Of a DNA stretch of 64,000 nt, positions 56,220 to 64,000 are shown piece by piece (the first letter of the stretch is position 1; each line of letters begins with the position of its first letter). The position numbers and the translations under genes are program-made. The notes below the pieces were generated by a model. It had not been told where the DNA came from. It made no database searches and worked only from the letters and a program-made list of their open reading frames with translations. Source of the stretch: Nemertoderma westbladi (Eukaryota; Animalia; Xenacoelomorpha); the NCBI GenBank assembly GCA_032718475.1, contig JAUCBJ010006900.1, positions 62,001 through 126,000 of the forward strand. The letters are read 5' to 3'.

Positions 56220-59200
56220 TTTAAGACCTGACACAGACTATGCCTCACTGAGGCATAGACTATGCCTCACTGAGGCATAGACTATGTCTCATTGAGGCAC
56301 TGAGGCATAGACTATGCCTCACTGAGGCATAGCTATGCACTGGGCATAGACTATGCCTCACTGAGGCATAGACTATGCCTCACTGAGGCATAGACTATGC
56401 CTCACTGAGGCATAGACTATGCCTCACTGAGGCACTGAGGCATAGACTATGCCTCACTGAGGCATAGACTATGCCTCACTGAGGCACTGAGGCATAGACT
56501 ATGCCTCACTGAGGCATAGACTATGACTCACTGAGGCATAGACTATGCCTCACTGAGGCACTGAGGCATAGACTATGCCTCACTGAGGCATAGACTATGC
56601 CTCACTGAGGCATAGACTATGCCTCACTGAGGCATAGACTATGCCTCACTGAGGCACTGAGGCATAGACTATGCCTCACTGAGGCACTGAGGCATAGTCT
56701 ATGCCTCACTGAGGCATAGACTATGACTCACTGAGGCATAGACTATGACTCACTGAGGCATAGACTATGCCTCACTGAGGCATAGACTATGCCTCACTGG
56801 GCATGAGGCATAGACTATGCCTCACTGGGGCACTGAGGCATAGACTATGCCTCACTGAGGCATAGACTATGACTCACTGAGGCATAGACTATGCCTCATT
56901 GAGGCATAGACTATGCCTCACTGAGGCATAGACTATGCCTCACTGAGGCACTGAGGCATAGACTATGCCTCAGTGCCTCAGTGAAAAAATGTGGACATCA
57001 TACAATTAATAATAAAGCAATATTTATTAGCTATACCCCCGAATTATTTTGCGCGATTAGAATATATATAGGACGTGCATATTTCAGTGTATTTCATAGT
57101 AATAAAATCGTTTCCATGTGTCCAGCCGGTGAATTAGAAGGATCATTATCTATTTTACAAACTTTATTATTAAATTAGTTTATTTACTATGGTATACATG
57201 AAAGTTTACTATATTATTTATTTTGTGTTGGTTTTTATTTTTCCGTGAGTAGGGTTTGAATCCGTGATCATCCGTGTTACCTACTTTTTATAATTGCATT
57301 AGCAGGACTCGAACCCTGGTTTAACTTATTTTGTGTTGGTTTTATAATGGTCGCGAGTAGGGCTTGAACCAGTGACCAGCTGTTTTTCCTATTTTGTGTC
57401 TACTTTTTATAATTCCCGCTAGCGGCATCGATAGTACAGTCAGATGGTGGAAGGGAAGGCAGATTTTACTTACGGTGTTAGTAAATATTCACGGAAAGAA
57501 GAAGTTTGGAAGTTCGTGAGGAAGTTGGTTGACGTGGACGACGAGAGAGTTTATTAACCGATAGAACGGAATGGTATCGGAAATTAGAAATAATGGAATA
57601 TTACGCGACGAATACGCGGAAAGTTTGTTGTCGACAATGAGCGTTAACGCGGCGAAATTACACTAGAAAAATAAGTTGATTATTTGTAAAAAGATAAAAA
57701 ATACTGTAAGTAGATAGGCGGATGTAAGCCTATTGATCGAATGCTTCGATCACGGTTTAGGCTATCGGTACCACCGCAGTCTGACAGTAATTAATAATGA
57801 GCTTACTGCAATACTGTTGTACCGGTAGACATTAAATGTAAATTGTTTGCTAGCGGCATCGATAGTACCGTCAGATGGTGTAAGGCAGATTTTACTTACG
57901 GTGTTAGTAAATATTCACGGAAAGAAGAAGTTTGGAAGTTTGTTGGCGATGAGGAAGTTGGTTGACGTGGACGACGAGAGAGTTTATTTACCGATAGAAG
58001 GGAATGGTATCGGAAGAATATTACGCGACGGATACACGGAAAGTTTGTTGTCGACGATGAATGATAACGCGGCGAAATGACAATAATACAACTCTACAAG
58101 TGGGTTGTTGATCGATGATAACAAATAAATATTCTTAAATAAATAATATTAAATTCGAAAACAAAATAATGGTAAATGATGTTAATCGTAACTTGCAATT
58201 GAAATAATGACCTAATATATTGGTGGGGACGTATTAAATAGCAATTCGGTTAGTAAGGGAGGCCCTTGTCTCTTAAATGAGCCAATCAGAACGCAGCAGT
58301 AGAAATGAAGCCCGCTGATTGGCTGTTCATGCATAAGCGGTTACCAGGGCAACTTCTCGTGTTGATTCTATATTAGAAAACTCTTGTAAGCATCTTGACA
58401 TCTGGTCTGGTGCAAAGGAAAGGGATTAGTAGAGAGGATTGCGTGTTTAGAGGCGCTTCATTGTTATGATAGGGGCTGCCTGGATATAGGAAAGGGACAA
58501 AGCGACGCCGGCTATAGTGGGAACAATGGAGGGCCGCTTGAGCATTAGCCTTGGGCGACATAGGGATTTGCTGTAGTCAAGGCCGCGGTGGGATTATTAG
58601 TGAGTCATCGATGGGGCTGCTAACAGACGGGACCGCTCATTTATATTTGCCTTGGGGGTATACGTATAGATTCACTGCCTGTTGTATCTAGTTAATGAAT
58701 AATGAGGACAGAGGAGGGGCCCCCCGCCGATGAACGCAGTTGATAGTTGCCAGTAGGGGGCCGTATACCATAGCCATTATAAAGTTAAAAATATATATTA
58801 TGTCATAGTGATCTCGTTGGTAATATAAAAACTAATTAATCTAAAAATAGAAATCAATGTATAAAGTAAAAGTAATATATACAATTAATTAATTTAAAAT
58901 AAAGTACAAATGAATAAATAAAGTAAAATAAAATACAAATAATTAATTAAAATTAAATATAAATAAATAGGTATTAATAAATAAAAGAGCCGCGGTGTCA
59001 CTTATGACACCCTCTTGGGCCTCTCGGCGACAGTTGGACAACACTGATGACCCATTGTGTGTCAGGGCGCTAATCAGTCTGATTAATTAGGATAATCAAT
59101 TAAACCCTAATTAGGAGTCATATGACATCTGTTAGGGTTTAATTGTACTAATTAATTGATGACACCTGTCAATTAGCCTAATTGGGAGGTGTCACCCAGA

Positions 59201-59317
59201 CAGTCTGGCGCCAATGACACCCAATGACACCCATAGGGTGATAATTGGGTGTCATATGACACCCAATGGGTGTCAGTGAGGTCCAACTGTCGCCGAGCCG
59301 GCCAAGACCCTACTACT
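56220..59317 (-). repeat. Right terminal inverted repeat (~3.1 kb)
   Basis: Reverse complement of the left arm; inner end TTTAAGACCTGACACAGAC. Confidence 0.93.
56236..56983 (-). repeat. 22-bp palindromic satellite, right arm (longer than the left)
   Basis: TGAGGCATAG-A-CTATGCCTCA-C units. Confidence 0.95.
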
Positions 59318-62300
59318 TACAGAACTCTGTGCTATCTAACGGAGAGAAACTTAGATTCCTCATCGAGTGCTTGGAAGGATCTCCCAAGTTAATGGCGTTA
59401 AAGTTTATTGGACATCCAGATGGATTAAGACAAGTTTGGAATACCTTAAACATCAGGTATGGTAATAGGAATAACATAGCTAGGTATTTGTATGCAAAAT
59501 TGGTAGCGCCCCGAAAGTTCATTAGCAGCGGGATTATAGAGTTTTCCGATGAGATTCAGGAGATCTGTAGACAATTAGATTGGCTAGGTAAGTCTCATGA
59601 ATATCAGAGTTCTATGGTTATTGGAGCCGTAGCATCTACTTTCCCAAAGGGTGGAGTAGGTACACGCTGGGACAAGAAAGTGTTATATATGATGGAACAA
59701 CAACGAAGAGACCCTACCATGGCTGATCTCATGTCATTCTTAGATGGAGAGGTAAAATTACAGCTCCTAAAGCAGTCCAGAGAGAAGACACCAGAAAATA
59801 AGGTAAGTGAGAAACCCGTTTCTAGGAGAAAGGTAACACCAGTGTGTTATACAGACGATGGTGAAAGCCAGGCTTCTCAAGAGGAGGACAGCGGGGAAAG
59901 ACACTGAAAGAGCTTACTATGTCAACAAAGTGCCTAAAGACGTAAGTAAATTTAAGTCTCGAACCAATGACAGGAGAGAACAGGTAAGAAAAACTCCTCA
60001 TACGTCTCCTAAGAGAATTCATGGAAGAAAGTCCGAGTAAAGAACGAGTGTGCACAACGTTACCCAAGGTAAAGTAAGTAACATCAAACCAAAATGTGTG
60101 CTGTGCGACGGGCCCCACCGTTTAAGTGTGTGTGATGAATTCCTAAAGAAATCCCTCATAGATAGACGGGAAGTCATGTGGAATAAGCGGTTGTGTTATA
60201 ATTGCCTCAGACAAGGACACCAACAGCGAACCTGTTACTCCGACGCAAGGTGTGCTAAGTGCGGCGCGAAACATCATATCTTGTTGCGCACTGAATTCGA
60301 AAGAAACTGCCCGAGTCAGGTAAGTGAGTCCGAACTACATGTCCAATTCAGTGATGTGAACGACACTGACCAAAGTTCTGAGATGGAAGGATTCCATACG
60401 GATGAATTCTCCGACGAAAACGAATCCTGTTACCTAACAAATACTGCAGTGTATCGAGCACTTACGTATGAGAAGGAAACTGATAGTGAGCTCCCCATAA
60501 CTATTCCAGACCGACAACCATCTTGGAAAGCACCAACTTCCAACGTGGGAATCCGAGAATTTCCCGTAGTGCAGTTGAGAGTCCACGGGTCAGAAAAGAG
60601 CTATATAGTGAACGCCCTCCTTGACTCCGGCAGCACAGGAACATTCATCGACAAAGAACTAGCCGAAGACATCTTTGCTGGACAACCCAAGTTCCGAACT
60701 AAGTTGAACATTTCAGGAATTATGCAGGTTTGGAAATCTACAGTAACTACAGATTACTATATAGGCGCGTTGTCCATCCCCCAGGATGAACTAGGAGAAC
60801 ACAGCATAAGGTCAGTAAAAATGGTGGCGATAAAGAACTTCGCTACCAGCCAAGTGGAACCTTATAACTGGGATGAGGACGATTTCACCCAACAGCATGA
60901 GATACCTAGATTCAACACAGATTACCCTGGAGTGCAAATACTCATCGGCCAAAATGCGCATGAGGCACTTGAGACATTGGAGAAACGGCCTGCTCAACCG
61001 CAACCACTATAAACCTATGCGGGAAGAACTAGAGTAGGTTGGTACTTTACTGGCCCTTCCCGTAGAACTCTCATGGAAAGGCTACCCATAGAACGAGTCT
61101 ACCAGGTGAGTGAATGGGAAGATGAGATCAGTGAGGGAGACAACCCACCTGAGGGAACCCCATACTCCTCAGATAATGACGATATCCACCAACTATTCGA
61201 CAAGGAGAATACCATCAACCTCCTTACGGAAAATGAAACTTGGCAAAACCAAGTGAACCTATGTCACCTCATTCATCCAGCAGGACAAGTCGATTACAAC
61301 GACGAACTGAATGAAGTGATAGATCGCTACAACGCGAAGACTCGTGATGAACACGCCGTACGATTCTTTACTCAAGAGGCTGTAGAGCCCAATTCCTACG
61401 ATAAGGCCCTATCAGTAGAAGAAGAAAGAGCCAAGCAGATACAGGAAACAACTACACGTTTTCTTAAAGATCAAGGTAGATATGAGATTGGTCTGCCTTT
61501 CCGATGGCGAGAACCCAATTTTATAAACAACCGACCCTTGGCGGAGAAGAGAATTGCGCAACTACATCGACGCCTTACGGCAAATGCTTCAGCTAAGGAG
61601 ATGTACAAGACCCAGCTGAAGAAATTCATTGACAAGGGATATGCGGAGCGAGTACCGGAAGAAACACCCATAAATGAGAGAACGTACTATCTAACACATC
61701 ATTACGTTCCCAAACCCGGTAAACCCAACGAAGTCCGGGTAGTATTTGACGGCTCCGCTCTCTACATGGGCCAATCCCTTAACTCCGAGTTGTTGCCAGG
61801 ACCCAACTTACTCCAATCCTTGTTGGGAATACTCTTAAGATTACGACAATATTCAATCGCTTTCGCCTCCGATATAGAAGGCATGTTCTTACAAGTTAAG
61901 GCGCTGGATAGAGATCGAGACAGCCTACGATTTCTGTGGTGGCCTGAAGGAGACCTCAACCAGAAACCGGTGGAGTAGTGGATGACCATCCAGGCTTTTG
62001 GGATCATCTCGAGCCCTTCAAACGCCTGCTCAGTAGTGCGTACCACTGCTGATGACAACCGGGACGCCTTCTCCAAAGAGGTTATCGACAACATCAAATG
62101 GGATATATACATGGACGACAATTTAAAGTCCCTCCCATTGGTGGAAGAAGCCATTGATGTGGCCAAAGGAACGGTAGAGTGCTTGAAAAGAGGTGGATTT
62201 CGATTAACTAAATTCACCAGTAACTCCCGTGAATTTCTGGAATCGATCCCGGTAGAAGACCAAGGAGTTAAAGATCTAGACCTTATCAAGGACGATCTTC

Positions 62301-64000
62301 CGGAAACCAAGACGCTTGGTTTGAAATGGGACACAGAGATATCCTGTTCTTCCAGCTAAAACAGCGAGATAATCCAATTCGGACTAAACGGATTTGTCTA
62401 AGTATCCTGACCACTTATTTCGATCCATTGGGATTTATTTAAGATAAATTTATCTTAAATTAGGGATATTTACTTAAGGGAGAACTTTTAAAGAAGTGGA
62501 TGAAATGGGAAGATTCTCTACCATCCATCGAGAACTTTATAATTTCCCGTTCATATTTTAGTCATGTTCTCCCCACGTATTCCTATCAACTCCATGTGTT
62601 TGGAGACGCCAGCGATATGGGAATAGGTATAGTAGCCTACCTGAGAGTTGAAACTCCGGATGGAATCAAGGTCGCCTTGGTTACCTCTAAGGCCTTGATA
62701 AACAACATGTTGAAAGTTCCTCGAGCGGAGTTAAAAGCGGCTCTATACGCTACAGCCATCGGCCGGAATGTAACAGAACAGATCGACTATCCACTGGAGA
62801 AAACTGTCTATTGGACCGATGCTTTACTCATGTTGGAGTATATAACCAATGAAGTCTGTCAGTTCAGCCTTTTCGTTACCAACAGAGTAGCCATTATACT
62901 TAGTCGCACGAAGATAGATCAATGGAGACATTGCCCCGGAACGATTAATCCAGCTGACATCGCCTCCAGAGGAGCAACTCCACAAGAGCTGATAGATACT
63001 CCAGACTGGTTAGGTGGACCCGACTTCCTAAGCAAGGAAGAGGATGAATGGCCTCCTTTTCTTACTACGGTGGAGATTAGACAAGCCAAGGGAGCGGAGA
63101 AAGTCAAACCTAAAACCCGGGCGAGTAAATCGAAGTTATTTAAACCCGCGATAGATCTGTCTGTACTACACACTTCCGGAGACGACGCTTTGGATCCGAA
63201 ACCCACAGCCACAAATAAGTCTGTTGTGGAAATCAGAGAGAGAGATTGGAAATCTGGAACACCAGACGTCTCGCAAGGACTCTCACCTCTCCTGCAGAGA
63301 GCGATACATCACTATAGTTCCTGGAATCGGCTCTGTAAGGCCGTTACATATTTAAAGCGATGTTTTCATCATCACTACTCCAGGATGAAGATAGTGGATA
63401 CCGCTCCACTGACATCTGCGCAGGTCCATGTTGTTAAAGATCTTCCCAAATACAAGATATCCGACAGATTTCTGAAGGAGAAGATCAGCTTCCAGGAGCA
63501 TGAAGAAACCAATAAGCAGATATTGAGACTCCTGCAATGCTATGAGGATTCCGATAAGTATTTCCTGTTGTTAAGAAATCCACAGATGCGCTTAAGGGAT
63601 CGTTTCTCTAGCACAATGATAGATGGGTTAATACGCGTTGGAGGAAGACTAACTAATGCTCCATTATCCTTTGACACTAAGTGTCCCATACTCATTAGAA
63701 ATCTTGAAATACAAATCAAGATGATTGTAGATGTTCACAATAAGCTTTATCATGCTGGTAGAGAACGAGTTCTTAGCGAAATTCGAACTCGCTATTATTT
63801 TCATAAACCCCGTAGAGCTCTGAACCAAGTTCTTAGGAACTGCATACCCTGTAGGAAAGCATTCAGTAGGCCTTTAACACAGCGAGAGGCAGAATTACCT
63901 AGGGAACGAGTAAGCTTCTATGAACCACCCTTCACAAATACCAGTGTGGATTTATTTGGCCCTATTGAAGTATATCGTGCTAGGACTATAGTCAAGAGAT
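59318..64000 (+). pseudogene. A2 gag-pol continuation (Gag knuckles, PR, RT, RNase H, start of IN) with stops and frameshifts
   Basis: Colinear with A1 4443-10439 minus the 1268-bp insert. LLDSGS and YMDD are retained; stops at ~61010 and ~61976. Confidence 0.92.

Larger units (their letters stand above)
51494..59317. mobile_element. Non-autonomous Polinton/Maverick-type foldback element, 7824 bp
   Basis: Termini AGTAGTAGGG / CCCTACTACT; 6-bp TSD TACAGA (51488-51493 and 59318-59323); inverted arms 51494-54369 and 56220-59317; no long ORF. The flanks rejoin to the A1-like gag sequence DNIQNSVL. Confidence 0.8.
32004..64000 (+). mobile_element. BEL/Pao family A copy 2 (A2), decayed, with two nested insertions; runs off the window inside integrase
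   Basis: LTR, UTR (33189-34584 and 48567-49096), gag and pol are all colinear with A1. Confidence 0.9.

Noticed and set aside
53858-56983. Palindromic 22-bp repeats as a CRISPR array
   Set aside because: The units are head-to-tail with no unique spacers, there are no cas genes, and the context is eukaryotic.
59266-59317. New N-terminus for the A2 gag remainder supplied by the TIR
   Set aside because: A chance ATG within the terminal repeat; the downstream gag-pol carries several stops and frameshifts.

Overview
Eukaryotic, probably animal, transposon-dense DNA. No host gene is recognisable. Contents in order: (1) BEL/Pao LTR retrotransposon A1 (<1-15592), with gag-pol split by a 1268-bp insert that lacks a target-site duplication (TSD), a 3-kb 3' region and a 3' LTR. 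(2) A deleted remnant related to element B (~15770-17853). (3) A 3'-truncated CRE-like non-LTR retrotransposon with a Pro/Thr repeat inside its RT. (4) A decayed minus-strand Ty3/Gypsy (Mag-like) element. (5) A Helentron/HINE-like element carrying a 315-bp array with full-length CTCF-type motifs, then palindromic MITEs and a tRNA-derived head. (6) A Polinton-type terminus, into which a second family-A BEL copy (A2, 32004->64000) inserted. A2 in turn holds a complete BEL element B (34585-48561, TSD CAAAC) and a 7.8-kb non-coding Polinton/Maverick-type foldback (51494-59317; AGTAGT...ACTACT ends, TSD TACAGA, ~3-kb terminal inverted repeats). Two signals stand out. Element B carries an extra ORF after integrase that encodes a WRN/EXD-like 3'-5' exonuclease fold plus three CCHC knuckles. 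Both BEL families lack a tRNA primer-binding site (PBS); instead the bases directly after the 5' LTR are exactly complementary to a segment inside their own LTR, which suggests Tf1-like self-priming. All family calls come from motifs read by eye; no database search was run.
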